A stretch of DNA of 64,000 bases from Camelus dromedarius (Eukaryota): assembly GCF_036321535.1 (NCBI RefSeq), contig NC_087436.1:76324001-76388000 (forward strand). Direction: 5' to 3'. Of this stretch, positions 1 through 14,348 are shown in pieces; within the stretch, counting starts at the first letter, position 1, and every line of letters starts with the position of its first letter. The notes below the pieces were generated by a model that had not been told where the DNA came from, did no database searches, and worked only from the letters and a program-made list of their open reading frames with translations. The position numbers were made by a program, and so were the translations under genes.

Positions 1-89
1 TTTCAAATTTCTTCCTTCCTCAAAAGTAATATCAATCTTGACTTGTATAATACTAACTATTCCTCATTGACATATGTCCTTAAATTACA

Positions 90-1530
90 TATTATTTAAC
101 TTTTCCTATTTTAATAATTTTATAAGTGAAGTCATAGTGTGTATACTTCTGTAATTTGCATTTTTTCTCAACATTTCTTTAAGATTCATCTATGTTAGTA
201 TAGTTTATTTAATTTTATCATGGTCTAGTATAGCATTGTATGACTATAATGAATTAATTTATTAATTCATTTGTCACTCATGGACATCTGGGTTATTTCA
301 AGGTTTTTGTTTTGTTTTGTCTTTTGCTTTTTGCTGTTACACACTGCATTTTTCTATTGCTGTGTAACAAATTACCAAAACCTTAGAGGCTTATAAAAGC
401 ACAAATTTGTTATAGTTTTGTGGGTCTGGAATCTGGATATAGCCTGGATCAGTTGGTTTTCTTTGCTTAGGATCTCATAAAGCCAAAATAAAGATATGGT
501 CAGAGCTGCAGTCTTCTGAGAGACCCAAGGTCCTCTCAGCTTCAGAAACCACCCACCTTTCCCTGGCATGTGAATATGCAATATGGCATTTTGCTCATTC
601 AAGGCCAAGAAAATAAATATCTTTAGTTTTGAATCTCTTCTACCTCTTTTCAAGGCCCTCTGATTAGGTCAGGCCCACCCAGAGTGGCATTCCTTTTGAT
701 TAACTCAAAGTCAATTAATCAGAGGCCTTAATTCCTTCTGCAGACTCCCTTCTGTCATATAATATAACATAATCATGAAAGTGATGGCTCATCATATTCA
801 CAAGTTCTTCTCACATTTAGGCTAAGGGCATTACACAGAATACCAGAAAGTGGAAATCTTCAGGGCAATTTTAGAATTCTACCTACCACACAAACAATTT
901 TATAAATGAATAATCTTGACTGTGTCTCTTGTTTATCTTCTTGTAATTGTAAGAGTTCTTTATATGTTTTTTAAGTCTTCTAAGTTTGGCTGAACTGTTT
1001 CAAGATGGTTTTACCATATGCAGCCATCATTAAGAGAATTTCTCTTGTATACATTCTCAGTAACAATTAGAATTTGTATTTTAATTAATTCGTATAATTT
1101 TCTTTATTAAAGTCTTATCCATCACTTGTTAGACCTATTCCTGGATCACTTATTTTTAATTGATATTTTAATTTTTGAATTACATTTATTAAATCTTTCT
1201 TGCTGAAAACTTTTATGTATTAATCATATTCAATGAACTCACTAGATTATCTTATTATTTTTAGTAATTTATTTGTAGGTCTTTAAAATCTTTCTGTGTG
1301 GACAAATGTGTCATTTAACTAATAAGGACAACTTTTTTCCCTTTTCTATCCTTCTATTTTGTATTGCCTTTTCAAATCTTATGAAGCTGGGCAGGTCCTC
1401 CATACAGTGTTGAGTAGAAATAGTAGTAAGCACCATCCTTATCTACTTTCTGATTTTAGAGGTAATGTTTTTATTGCTTAGCCATTGAATACAATGCTTA
1501 CTCTATGTTTTGGGTGGATATTCTTTATCA
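90..1530 (-). mobile_element. Old L1 (L1ME-like) fragment interrupted by a MaLR LTR
   Basis: Antisense L1 3'UTR/ORF2-like sequence on both sides of the LTR at 345-890. Confidence 0.65.
345..890 (-). mobile_element. MaLR solo LTR (MLT1 family)
   Basis: TG...CA ends, tattgctgtgtaacaaattacc...ttagaattctacctaccaca, 5-bp TSD CACAC/CAAAC. Confidence 0.8.
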
Positions 1531-1554
1531 TGTTCTTGTCCTTGTCTCCACAAA

Positions 1555-2430
1555 ATGAGGTAAAATTTCAAAAGAATTATAACTAAATCTCAATAGGGAC
1601 TTTAAAGAACTTGACAAGGTGATTTTAGAATGTATATGAAAGAGCAAAGGTTTCAGAATAACCAAGACACCACTGAAGAAAATGAAAAATATGTGGGAAC
1701 ATGACCTACTAGACACCAAAACTACTCATCAGAGTTAAAAAGAGGCATTTCATGATGATAAAAGATCAGTTCATCAACAGGGCAGAATTATTCCAGAGGT
1801 TTATACAGCTAATAACAGACTTCAAAATACATGAAGCAAAAACTGATAGAAGTGAAATAGTTTTCAATTACAGCTGGAGATTTTACTGTTTTTCTCTCAA
1901 TAACTGATAAAACATATAGGCAGCAAATCAGTAAGTATGTAGAACACTTGAACAGTACTATCAAACAACCTTCCCTTATTGAATTTATGTAACAGTTTAT
2001 CCCCAAACATCAGAATCTATAGTGCACATGGTGTAGTTACCAAAATAGACCATATTCTGGGCCATAAAACAGATCAATAAATGTAAGAAGATTTAAATTG
2101 TACAATGTGTATTCTCTGACCATAATGGAATTAAGTCAGAAATAAATAACAGAAGATCCTGGAACATACCCAAATATTTGGAAACTATACAGTGCATTTC
2201 CAAATATCTTATTGTTCAAAGAAGAAATCACAAGGGCAATTAGGCAGTATTTTGAATTGAATATATTAATACTTAAAAAAACAGTGATGTTAATAATATT
2301 TATATTGTTATCATTCTTAGATTGGGTGGTGGGTTCACAAGTGTTTGCTTTGTTATTATGCCCTAAGGCTCTAATATATGTTACATATATACTTCAGTGT
2401 ATTGAAAATACACAATTAAAAGATAAATGA
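1555..2430 (+). mobile_element. Old L1 ORF2 fragments and 3' end
   Basis: Degenerate endonuclease-region sequence (gaccatattctgggccataaaaca, attctctgaccataatggaattaag). Confidence 0.75.
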
Positions 2431-2980
2431 AAATTCATCTGAAAAAACACATGGAGGATACTCCCTGAAGAAAGACTGTATAGGCATAATCCAAAGTGAA
2501 TTTGGGCTAGATATAGCCATGTGATAAATTTCAAGTTTTAAATAAAAGATAACATTAAATCTTAGGCTACAGTACATGAAGTCACCTGGTTAACTGTTGC
2601 TGTTTTTACTTCTAAAAACATTTGACCTTGAATAACGCTTAAGAACATACCACATCCCATGCTTGTTGCAAGTTCAGGTTCTCTGTAGTCTTTCCAAAGA
2701 ATAGAAAAGGAACATATGTGCTCTGTGCAGTTGCTTGTATCATTAGGAAAAAAAAAAATCCACAGCATCTGCAACTCCTTGTTTAATTAGATCCTGAAGC
2801 AATGGCTGCAGCTGAGCCATTTATTGCTTCTGTAAACCAGAGCCAATAAAGGGAAGCTGTTTTTCCTAATGTCACTTTTGAAAGGGGAATTTGATGGTAA
2901 CAGCGTAGGTGGGACAACTCAGACTGAGGAACTTAGACTGACCTCTGATGTAGTGGAAACAACTAAAGAGAGGCAGTGTG

Positions 2981-3306
2981 TCCTCTTTGATTTCATCATT
3001 GATCCACTGGTTTTTTAGTAGCATGTTGTTTATTCTCTATGCAGTCATTTTTTTCTTTCTCTTTTTGTGGTTGATTTCTAGTTTCATGCCATTGTGGTCA
3101 GAAAATATGCTTGAAATAATTGCTATCCTCTTAAACAACAAGGTCCTACTGTATAGCACAGGGAACTATATTCAATATTTTTTATTCAATATCCTAAAAT
3201 GAAAAAGAATATATATGTATATGTATAACTGAATCACTTTGCTGTACACCAGAAACTAACACAACATTGTAAATAAACGAAACTTCAATTGAAAAAAAAA
3301 AGAGAG
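2981..3306 (+). mobile_element. 5'-inverted, truncated cetartiodactyl-type L1
   Basis: Antisense ORF2 piece joined to a sense 3' end (caacaaggtcctactgtatagcacagggaac) and poly(A); 14-bp TSD at 2967-2980/3307-3320. Confidence 0.85.
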
Positions 3307-4794
3307 AGAGAGGTAGCATGTTCAACATCTGGCAGCAAGGCACATGCGAGTGGGAAGAAAAACTTAACCATGACATAAATACAGGAAAAACTCGGATTTT
3401 ACTAGAGTCACCAACCAAAGGATAATTATCAGTAAAATGTCAGCTCCTAATTCAGTTTTTAATCTTAATAAAATGAGTAAATACCTTCATTTGTAAATTA
3501 TATTTTAATTCAAATGAGGTATTTTTGGAATTACGTGTATAAAATTTTTCCTGAGATATGCTCTTCAGTACAAACATAAATGCAATCATTGTTAATTTAT
3601 TAGATTTGTCTTTGAAATTAATGGATACTTTTTTTATTACTAGTAATTTTAAATGATTATTGGATAAAAATATAGTCTTCGAATAGCTGTAATTTCCTTA
3701 GACAACTATTTACCATAACAAAATGTTTGTTGCTCAAAATCATTAGGTGTTATTTTCCTAGTCCTTGAAGATTAAAGTGTAAATAATCCTTCCTTCCCAA
3801 TATTGACAAGCTTGATCTTTAGATTCAAAACTTGCTTTTTCAAAAGAATTATATCATAAAGATTGCATAGCATATTTTTGCTATTTGGCTATAAAATGCA
3901 TCTTTAAAAATTTTTGATATTCACTCTACTTCTGAAAAATGACATTTTCATAATATTAAATGGGACCAGAAAAGCATGTCAGATTTATAAAACTGTTTGT
4001 TCCTACAAAACTATAAGAGTGGAAGGCTTTTAAAAAGGGTTGGCTTGAGGCACTTCATTATTTTGAATGCCCGATTAATGTTCATAGTTTTCCATTGCTC
4101 ACTTTTATGTGGGGGTTGGTCTGAAACGCAGTATATTATGCAATGGTTTTGTCATGTATCAGTGATGATATTAACAGTCTAATGCTAAACAGGTTCTGAG
4201 GAAATGAAGAGGGAAAAAATGACTTACTATATTTACCCTGAAACAAGATTCAATCTGCCACTGTATTTAATGCTCTATTTTTCATTATCTCACAAGCATA
4301 TGTTGAAACCGCTACAGATGATGAAGTTAGCTGCTGGGCAGAGTTATCATCAATGCTTTCCATCTTTATTTTAATAAGAGGAACGAGCAAATTGTTTGTG
4401 ACCTTTGTCAAGGGCTTCCTGGAAGACAGGAAACCTAACCACAAAATCACTAGCCTGGAGCCCTACTGAATATTCAAAACCACCTTTCCAAGAATAAAAT
4501 GTCTTATAACAAAGCTATTGTTTCTGATAGAGCCTTGTCGTGAACAAAAGGTCCAGAAGCTAAAGATAAAATACATTTTCCTTTCTTCTCTTGAAAAAAA
4601 TATTCTATCTGTTGTATTCGTTAGTGATCATGTTGGGTCTATAGGGAAAATATGTTTCCTTAAGGTTAACACATCCTTAAAAATAATAATGCCTGCTACC
4701 ACTCAGGACACTGGAGTCTTAGTTAACCTTGACACATTTTTAAAACCAAGCCTCCTGGGTTAGAGGGATTCACCATATCTAAATAGCAATACAT

Positions 4795-5030
4795 AGTCGC
4801 ATCTATTGAGTGCTTACCACTGTTCATGTGCTAAGCTCTTTACTCAGTTATCTCATATAATCCTTACTCTGGAGATAAATCCTGTGATTATCTCTGTTTT
4901 ATAGATTGGTAAACTGGACAGAGAAGGACCTGAGTAATTTACCTAAGGTTACCCAGTTAGCGCTGGATTGGAGCTCAGATGATGAACCTCGGACCCAGGT
5001 CAACTGATTCTCAGAGCCTCATTACTCCAC
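4795..5030 (-). mobile_element. MIR SINE
   Basis: tattgagtgcttac...ttttatagattggtaaactg...aaggttacccag MIR core. Confidence 0.7.
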
Positions 5031-5332
5031 ACTGGAGGGATCCAGATTCCCAAATTGCTATCTTTGGAGATGATCTTAGTTATTATAAAAATAGTACATC
5101 TGGTATATCTGTCAATTAAAGGGATAAAGGAGTGTGAGAAGTCTTTAGTTCCTGTGGCACACACTCAATTATCCCACTAAATGGTAAGAACAATGGATAG
5201 CCTATGTTTTCCTGGAGGAAGATTGCACTTCCATCCCAGAGTGGTCATAACCCACCTCCATCTTGAAAATATTTTAGACATATATTTGGTCCTATCTAGA
5301 GACCAATATATTTTAGATGACATTGACTTTAT

Positions 5333-5706
5333 TGCTATGGACTAAATGTCTTTCTGCAAAATTTTTATCTTAAAACCCTAACCCCCAATGTGATGGTATT
5401 TGGAGGTGAGGCCTTTGGTAAGTAATTAGGTATGATGAGGTCCTGAGGGTAGAATCCTCATGATGAAATTAGTGCCCTTATAAGAAGAGACCAGAGAAGC
5501 ACCCCACTTTCTTTTTCTCTCTCTACCTTGTGAGGACACAGCAAGAGGGCAGGTGTCTGCAAACCTGAAAGATGACCCTCACCAGGCACTGAATCTGCTG
5601 GCACTTTGATTTTAGACTTCTCAGCCTTACAACTAGGAGAAATGACTGTTGTTTGAGCCCCACATCCTGTGTTATTCTGTTATAGCAGCCTGAACTGAAT
5701 AAGACA
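5333..5706 (+). mobile_element. MaLR solo LTR (MLT1A/B-like)
   Basis: tgctatggactaaatg...aacccccaatgtgatggtatttggagg...atagcagcctgaactgaataagaca. Confidence 0.85.
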
Positions 5707-7826
5707 GATGTCACTCACTTTATTGTCATCACACAGGCAAGAAAGTCTAAGCTGACATTAGCAAGTGTTTGCAGGTTAAAGCACCTCATTCCTAATGGAA
5801 AATGGCCACCTCTTCTTGACTTGTAACCCTAGGTATAGAATGGCCCAATAAACAATTGAAGAGAAAATGAACATTCACCATGTCCTGTGCCTATCAGTTA
5901 CAGGATGATTACGGAAGATAATAGAACATGCGGATTTTAGGTTGTTTGTACTCATTTTTTAAATTCTATTTTCCTACAGTTTTCTCCTAACAGTAGTATC
6001 TTTTTCTAAAACTCTCCTATAGTTATTTGCGTATGTGAAAATACAATTAGAGAAAACTTATTTCCCTGTTTTAAAGCCTTACTGTTTCTCACAGTGATTT
6101 TTAAATCTCGACTAGAAACAAATATTTAACAGTGATGATGCATTGAAATTATCTTTTTTTTTTTAAGGCAAGCACTGCATGGCAGGCCACTGGTGACAGT
6201 GGTGAAACAGTTTGTTACTAGTCCATCATGCTCTAGGGAGCTTGCCCCAGAATGGAAATCAACACATTGCTTCTTTTATTGAGAATGTCTTGTAATGGAA
6301 AAAAAAAAAAAAAAAAAAAGGTAGCTGAATCAAACAGTATGCTTCTGATGAAGTTGGTTTATATTCCTACAGGCACTTTGAGTAGGACTGCCATGTACCA
6401 CTTTCCAATTAAACATCAGTATTTCAGTCTATTTTCCTTATCAGATTTTCTTTGCTAGAAGCATTCACCTATTGCCTTTATTAAGGTCATATAGTCTCGT
6501 ATTTTCTCGAAATCTTGTTAAGAACACGAAACAAACTTCATGAATAGTTCTCCATGCTCTCATTTTTTTAATTAAGTAGTTGCTAATAGTTCTTGTATTT
6601 CTTAATTAGTAAACACATTATCAATTGAACTTTTAGCATGAAGAACTCTAGACTGGGAGTCCTAAGACATTGCTTGGTTTCTCCTTTCATTGAATAGTCA
6701 CGTATTGCTCACTAAAATCTTATGAAATGATTTCTTTAAAAAAAAAAAAGAAAATCCATTTTCATTTATAAGTAAATCATAGTAGTTTTTAAAATAGTCA
6801 CATAAAATATCTTTTTTAATACAATAGATATTTCCATATCATTACTTCATAGAAACTTGACTCTCTCATTATTAAATAGATATTTTAAGAGTTATATTAT
6901 GAACCAGTGCCTTGAATTTGCCCAAACTAAATGACTAAAGCCCCTGACACTGAATTTCAATCATATAATTTTATGTACGTGCATCTGTTAGTTGAAAAAT
7001 TGAACATACACTGTCAAAATTTTTTAAACTGAAAGCTGTTTTGTAACATATTTTAAATGGAAAAATGGAATACAGTGTTATTTTCTTAGCTTGTTTCATT
7101 CTTGTTTGTTTTTTTTTTTAGCTTCAGCAAAGAATTCTTGTCACAACATTAAAGAAATATGGACAGTCTTCAGCAATGAAATTGATAATGAACAAAAATG
7201 AAAATAAAACCATGGTTAATTACAAAAGACATAGTGAGAAGAGCAAATTAGGATTTGGAAGTGAGGAAAATCTATAAGTAGTCACTTATTTCAGAGTTAC
7301 ATAGTTGGAACAATCCTGTCCAGTCCAACTTGATAATTCTTTAAGCCATGACATACAAATGACACCCACTGATTCAGGTCCTCTTTACAGGGTTAGTCTT
7401 AAATGGGTTGACCTAATTTGAACATGACACCTCTTTTCAGCTATCTTAAATTTCTCAAATCCATTTTTACTGATCATTGTTCAGTTTTGATCTGGCCTAG
7501 CCTCTTACGGTCTACACATGAATCTTTCTACCAGTGACCTCACTCTCAGGAACATATTCATGGAAGAATAGGAAAAACAGCTGTCCTGATGTGCACTGGC
7601 TCCCAGGGTGGGATGCCCACATTCTTTGCCTTGGCCTCATGGTCAGGATTCAAACAGATGTGATGAGAAGTCTTATCAGTTAATGCTGATTGATTTAATA
7701 CTATGGTGGCTGAAATAAGAAGTTTGGAAAGGAAAATACGTGTCTTGATTGATACAGTTTAGACTTCCATAAAGAAATTTTGAGAGAAGGAATGTTACCT
7801 GAAAGTGGCCTCTTACTCATATGTCC

Positions 7827-8272
7827 TTTTTAAAAAAATTGAAGTATAGTTGACTTACAATATTAGTTGCAGTTTTACGAGTGATTCAATATTTTATAGA
7901 TTAGATATCATACAAAGTGATTACATTACTATTCACCATATTGCCTGTGCTGTACATTACATCCCCGTGACATACACCTTAACCCCCTTCACCTAGTTCT
8001 CTCATCCCCTGCCCCGTTCCCTCTGGTAACCACTAGTTTGTTCTCTGTGAGTCAGTTTCTATATTGCTATGTTTGCTCATTTGTTTTGTTTTATAGATTC
8101 CATGTGTAAGTGAAATCATACAATATTTGTCTTTCTCTCTTTTACTTATTTCACTAAGCATAATACCCTCCAGGTCCATTCATGTTGTTGCGAATGGCAA
8201 GATTTCATTCTTTTTTATGGCCAATATTCCATGGTGTATATATATGCCACAACTTTTGTATCCATTCATCTG
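7827..8272 (-). mobile_element. L1 3' end fragment
   Basis: aattgaagtatagttg...ctctggtaaccactagtttgttctc...tccattcatctg. Confidence 0.85.
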
Positions 8273-11200
8273 CCTTCTTGTGTTATCATACACTTAGCCA
8301 ACTCTGTCTTTTGCTGTCAGGATTGTAGTTTGTTTGTACTAAGGTAGAAACCATTATTAAAGAAATAAAAGTGATGTAAAAGAAAAGAAGTGGAATTTGG
8401 AGTCAGGAAAACTGATTTCAGAGTACCCACTGGGGTTGGGTACTGAGACATTTGTAGTCAGATGTCTGCAAAACAAAGCTATTAATTCCTACTTCATAAG
8501 GTAATTTTTAACATTAGAAAAAAATACCTTCAAAGACAGCATAGGTCCTAATAGACATTAAGTGATCAAATAATGCTTAAATATGTTTTCATCGAGAGGC
8601 AAACATTCTTGTTGCATAAATGTCATTCTGACTTTCTGTAACATACTGAAACCATTGCTAATCCTAATATGAGGGTCACACTTATTTACTCATTCATTCA
8701 CCTTGCATATTCAGTATATATGTGAACACACTGAAAAGTATGCATATAAACACCACATTTGCCTCTAAATTCAGATGCTTTTTGGACTCTCTGAAGGCCA
8801 TTTAGTTTTTTTCTCTATGTCCACAAATCCTAGTGTAAGACATTTTGATTCAAGCCTCTATTTCATGACATTTGTTTGGATGGTTAAATTGATATAGCAG
8901 CACTAATAATGCTATCTGCCAAATGGTTCTGCATTCCTTTGTCTTCTTTGATTATGCCACTGTTAGCTACAGAATCAGGGAAGAAACGTCTAAAATTTCA
9001 TTTTCTTTTGTCAAAGCTGATTGGCAGTATTCCAAGGGAGCAAAGCCAGATTGTCTTTGGAAATTGAAACTAAAACCCTGGACTTGAGATCAGAGACCTT
9101 AGTGCTACCATTCATTAATACTATTATGATATCCAGCTCTTGAAAAATACTCTGTGTGAACAATTGGGGAGTCTAGCAAAATAGTTTTGACATTTTGCTA
9201 ACATTAGTGCTTCAACACTGAACCATCTGCTAGAGAGTTCTGAGTCTGAATGAAAGGTGTAAACCTGGATTAGCATCGATATGGTTTTCTATCAAGTTTG
9301 GCTTATTCTCATCTCACTGGATGTTTTCCAGGTCCCTTTGGAAGCCAAGATTGCCACTGTAGAGTGTAATGCCATATGTTAAGATTCATATGACATATTA
9401 CCTAAAAGTCATGAATTACAATACCGTGTCTCTTTACGGAGCTGTGATTTAGAAATGTTTATGTAAATGCACCTCCAAAGAAAAATGGTACCCACTGTTA
9501 GGCAACACTATGCATGGTAGAAATGAAGAGATTCCCTGACTCAAGTGTATCTTGAAAACATCTAATCCTGGGATAATGAAAAATCAGTGCCTTTTCCTAA
9601 ATGTACTGATCTTAGAGGGGAGAGGACAGATCAGAAGCGTCATTACGAATAAGCTAGGAACTTCTCTGAAACAATAAAATCACCAAGATAGTGACTCTGA
9701 TGCCAAAAGCTAAGCTGTATGTCTAAGGGCAAGTCAAAAAATGGCAGAACGTATTATGTCACTAAAGAAAACAAAGATGAATGTTTTGTTCTGTTGAATA
9801 TTTCAAAATGTAATGTATATACACACACACACATATATTTAGCCACACATACAGACATACACATGGCATTTTCTAGTTGTTAATCAAAGATTCTGCAGGT
9901 TGTAATTGGAGCTTGACACTTTTCTCTAATGTTATTCAAGAAGTGGATAAATGGTGCTTATCTTGGGATCTAAAATATACAATATTTTGACTTTTAAAAG
10001 GCTTTGGAACTGCTGGCTCTCTATTTCTTTATGCACAAATAGAAGGTAAGTATGTTGAGCTACTATTCTAGCAGAAGCAATAGACTTGCACAGCCCCAGT
10101 TACATCTCTTATTCTAGTCCCCTGCTATGAAACAAGTTACAGATTAACACATAAGGATTAGCCTAACTCTGGGGAAAGTGAATGTTTCTATATTCTAACC
10201 AGTGTTCTGTATTCTATATTCCAACTAATTAATGTCCATAGACACTCACTGACAGATACACATTTTATACTTCTTTTGGAAGATCTGGAATAGGATAGTT
10301 TTAGATTAATACCAAAAGTTGAAAGAAAACACTAATCATTGTGAGAAACAGATGTAAGTCTTTGAGAACAAAACATCAGTGTGCTGGCTTGTTTGTCTTC
10401 TGGGTGTGTGACGTTAATTTGTTCTATACATGAATTAGTAATGAAAGATTAAGACCGGTAATGCTATAAATCACCTATAGGAGAGATATACATTTCTATA
10501 CATAACAATAAATAATTAATTTTGTCAGTAACATTTTCTATGTATATTTTAAATGACTAAATAAATATGGCATTCAAATGTAAGGAATGTTTCCACATTT
10601 AACTAGTCCAAATTATAAAGATTTCCAAATCTTTAGGAAGTTATATGGAAGTAAGATATTTTTATACATATATACATAAAAATATGTACATTGCATGTTG
10701 TTGCAAAATGAATAGCTGCACCCAAACTTGCTGGCCCATATTTTCTTAGCTCCAATCAGACTTAGTGGGCATATACTCAAGGTTCAGTGTCACTGTGGGA
10801 TCAGCATGATCGGCTGTCACTGGTTTCACTGACATCTGTCCCCACAGTGAGACAAGCTGCAGCATGAATTATTGAAGACATACACATGCAGATCTGTGTC
10901 ATGATTACGCCAAATAATACATGTTGCCACACTCAAAAGCTGAAAGAAGTCATGGCCGACATTGTCTTTAACCTTTTTGCTACTGTGTTACAGATTTAAA
11001 AGAGAAACATTTAAAAGAGAAACATACTGCTATTACATTTTGTGATTAGCTTTTGTTTCAGGTTAAAAAAAAATCATCTCCCCCCCTCCACCAAAGAGTT
11101 TTTATCTGCTCTCTTTAGCAGGTATTTGCCAAATGGTTTGAACATGCTCATTTTGTTAAATAGTTCTGTTTCATCAGATGATTAATATCCTACAGTTAAA

Positions 11201-12031
11201 TGACAAAAACAGAATTAGTCTCCTCATTTGTAAAGTGACTTAAATTTGGCAGATTAGTAGATGTTACCTCACTAAAAAAGTGTCTCTAATTGGGGGAGCT
11301 TGAAGCAGCTTACAAAAAATAATGTTTATACTGGTAACCTTTTCTAAAGTTATTGCAGAATTTAAATAAGAACTTCATCGATATTTTTATCAAAAATGTC
11401 AACTCAAGAGTCCATCATTTGAATATTGTATACTACTGTGAAGCAGTGCTATTATAATACAATCCCCCCAAACCTCACAAAATTGTATCTAACACTCAGT
11501 TTTTAATCTATTATTTTTATAGTTTTATGTTTATCTATTAAGGGTTGAATTATATATAAATATGTATACTTCTGTGGCAGATTATATTGCTATATTACTA
11601 ATGATGTTTGTATTTAATTGAATGATTCAAATATAACTCATGTGGTTATATTTGAACACATTGCTCGGCCTGTCTTCAGTTTTATTCTGCTATTAAATGC
11701 ACACTTGCCTGTCATGCAGAGTTATTGTATAGATAGAATAAACCAATAGATGTAAAAGTGCTTCACAAATTCAGAACACTGCTATTTAATATCTATAATA
11801 GCTGTTTCATAAGTGAGTAGCTGTTAAAATGACATTCTTCAAAAGACATTTATTTGCATTCTAACAAGAGGATCTAGGAAATTTCCCAATAATTCTAGCT
11901 CCCCTGTCTTATTTTCCACTCTATTCTAATTTCTGTTTCTAAGTTGATTGTCAGACACTCAGGGACTTGAATGGCATCTGTGGCTCTTAGAAGTAAATTT
12001 TTGGTAAGGTGCTTAGAAAAATGGAGTTGGA

Positions 12032-12471
12032 TGTTATTGAGATAAAATTCTTGGTTCTCTCATCTTTCTGCACATCTTGTGAGCAGAGGAACTGACTGCT
12101 GTTGTTCTGAACTGTTATTTCAAGGATGTTTCAATAGTGAACAGCCTTGGAAGATAGGATAGCATGCCAGAGCAAAGGGCATGCATGCTTACTGCCTAGT
12201 AGAAAAGATTTGGGTTTCCCAAGCTCAGAATTCCTATCTGTAATGCAACCCATTGCGTGTGCAGGTATCATCTGTCCCTTTTTGTGTGGCCCTTTGGAAT
12301 TGGGGCTCAGCACAAATGCCAGTTCTCTGACTATTGCTGTTGCTGTAATGAACCACCCTTTGTCTTTGACCCAGAAGTCTTATATCTTTTGCTAGAGTTC
12401 ATGAAACTGAGGTGGGCTAACTTGTTAGATTGCAGGGACAGTAAAATCTCATACTCTTCACAGTTCTTGAT
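12032..12471 (+). mobile_element. ERV1-class solo LTR (MER90-like)
   Basis: tctgcacatcttgtgagcagagg...aacagccttggaagata...ttcacagttcttga resembles the MER90 consensus as recalled. Confidence 0.7.
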
Positions 12472-13065
12472 AGATACTGCTAGAAAAATCCCCCACTATG
12501 TCTCTGTCCCAAAGTAGTTATCCCTTTTATGATGAGAGGCTTGGGAGCGGGGTGAGGCAAGCAAGGAAAGTGATTTTGAAATAAAGGAATTACAAAGCAA
12601 GAAAGAATGAATGGGAGGAGTATGACTTCACTACTCACTCCTGCTAATGCCAGGCTGTCAATAAATGAAGGCTGAAATGTAGTGCAAACCTGATGATATT
12701 GGTAATAGCAGTTTCTTGTGGATAGGTATGTGTTATAAACTCCTGAATTTGTACCTTTAACATGTCTTCACCCACCACACAACAAATGCTTTCTGACCAT
12801 AAATACCAAAACAGCTCCAATATAGTTCATAGCCATTGCCCAGAAAATTCCTTGTTGCCGTCCTGACTTGCTCTCATCTCCCAACCAGCTCCTAGATCTT
12901 GACATTATTACCTGGTTAATCCTCTGTGTCTTCCATTTGAACTCAGTGTTTTTCTGGCTATGAACATCAACCTTGGTTAAGAGGTGTCACTTCATTTCTT
13001 TTTTGGGTAGTGTGGTAGAAAATTGTTTGATAGCTCATATATATTTCTCTCTCGCTCTTTCTCTC

Positions 13066-13066
13066 T

Positions 13067-13137
<71 letters not shown>

Positions 13138-13140
13138 TTT
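13066..13140. repeat. (TTTA)n microsatellite
   Basis: Near-perfect tetranucleotide run. Confidence 0.95.
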
Positions 13141-14310
13141 TGCCTTTGGTAAAAATGCCACAAGCTTACTTTGGACAGATCATTCTTGCCTTATTCTCTA
13201 CCACATAGCTGGATCAGGTCAATTCCATTCCAAGCTCCATTGATGAGGTTATTAAGCATATCTTACCCCTCTCTTGACAGTGATTCCAAGATGGAGACAT
13301 AACTTAACCAATCCTTGGATCTCAGGTATTTTGCTAGTTGTTTTGAGTCAGATCTTGATAGATCTGCGTAAGGAGGCACAATTATGCAGCAGTCATAAAC
13401 AGAACTGACGGGATAGAGAAGACAAAGAAATAGAGAGAAATAGATTTCTGGTCACTAATTTTTCATTCTAGATCAAGGCTTTTTATCTGATGCTATTGGT
13501 GGACTTTTCATTCAGATAATACCATAACATTCTTTTTTTTTGGTTGGGTTTCCTGAGTTTTTTTCAATTTTAATTGTTATCTTTTATTATTTTACAATAT
13601 GTTTTTTAAAACGCCATTGTAGTTGCATTAACTGTTCCATGAGACCTGGAATCAAAGAACACTGAGAATTAGAGCGCACAAACCTCAAGCTGTAATACCT
13701 ACTTGTGCTGAAGCGGTGCTGCTGAAGGGATGACGTTCCTTTCGTAAGCATGTGTGTGGCAATGCAAAATAAAACACGGACGTGTTAGAACAGTAAACTT
13801 TGTTTCAGTGGCTATAGAAAGTGGTTTTATCTTTCTTAGGAAAGGTCCTAATTAATAAAGATAATTATTTTGATAATTGCACTGGATTCAGTCCTTTCAG
13901 ATTCAGTTCTTAGTGTTAGCAGAGTCGTTGTTCTGGTTGGGATTATACAGATCTTTTTAAAATGGTGTTTACAATATTCTTAAGAAAGCTTTTTTTTTTT
14001 TTTAAATAATAGAAATAGAAATAGAAAAAGTATAGGTAAAAAACCATTGTTTGGGACTGAAATTTGACCCAATCAATTCATATTGCCTCTGCTTGGCTTG
14101 AGTAAAATTTTGAAGCCAATAAAGTTGGTCCTGTGGATTCAGCCCTTTTTTAAAATCTGTCCTCTGTGTTTTTGTCTGTCAGAATTCTGGAACCTTTGTC
14201 TCCTTATATCTTTCTTAGTTGCCAGGCACCTTACAGCCTTTCTTTCCAGACCCCTGTCCAATCTAGTTCTCAAAGACTGCATTCACACTAAAGCATTGAT
14301 TTTTGGGGGG

Positions 14311-14348
14311 TGTGTGTGAGAGAGAGAGAGAGAGGGAGAGAGAGAGAG
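14311..14348. repeat. (TG)n(AG)n compound microsatellite
   Basis: Direct reading. Confidence 0.9.
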
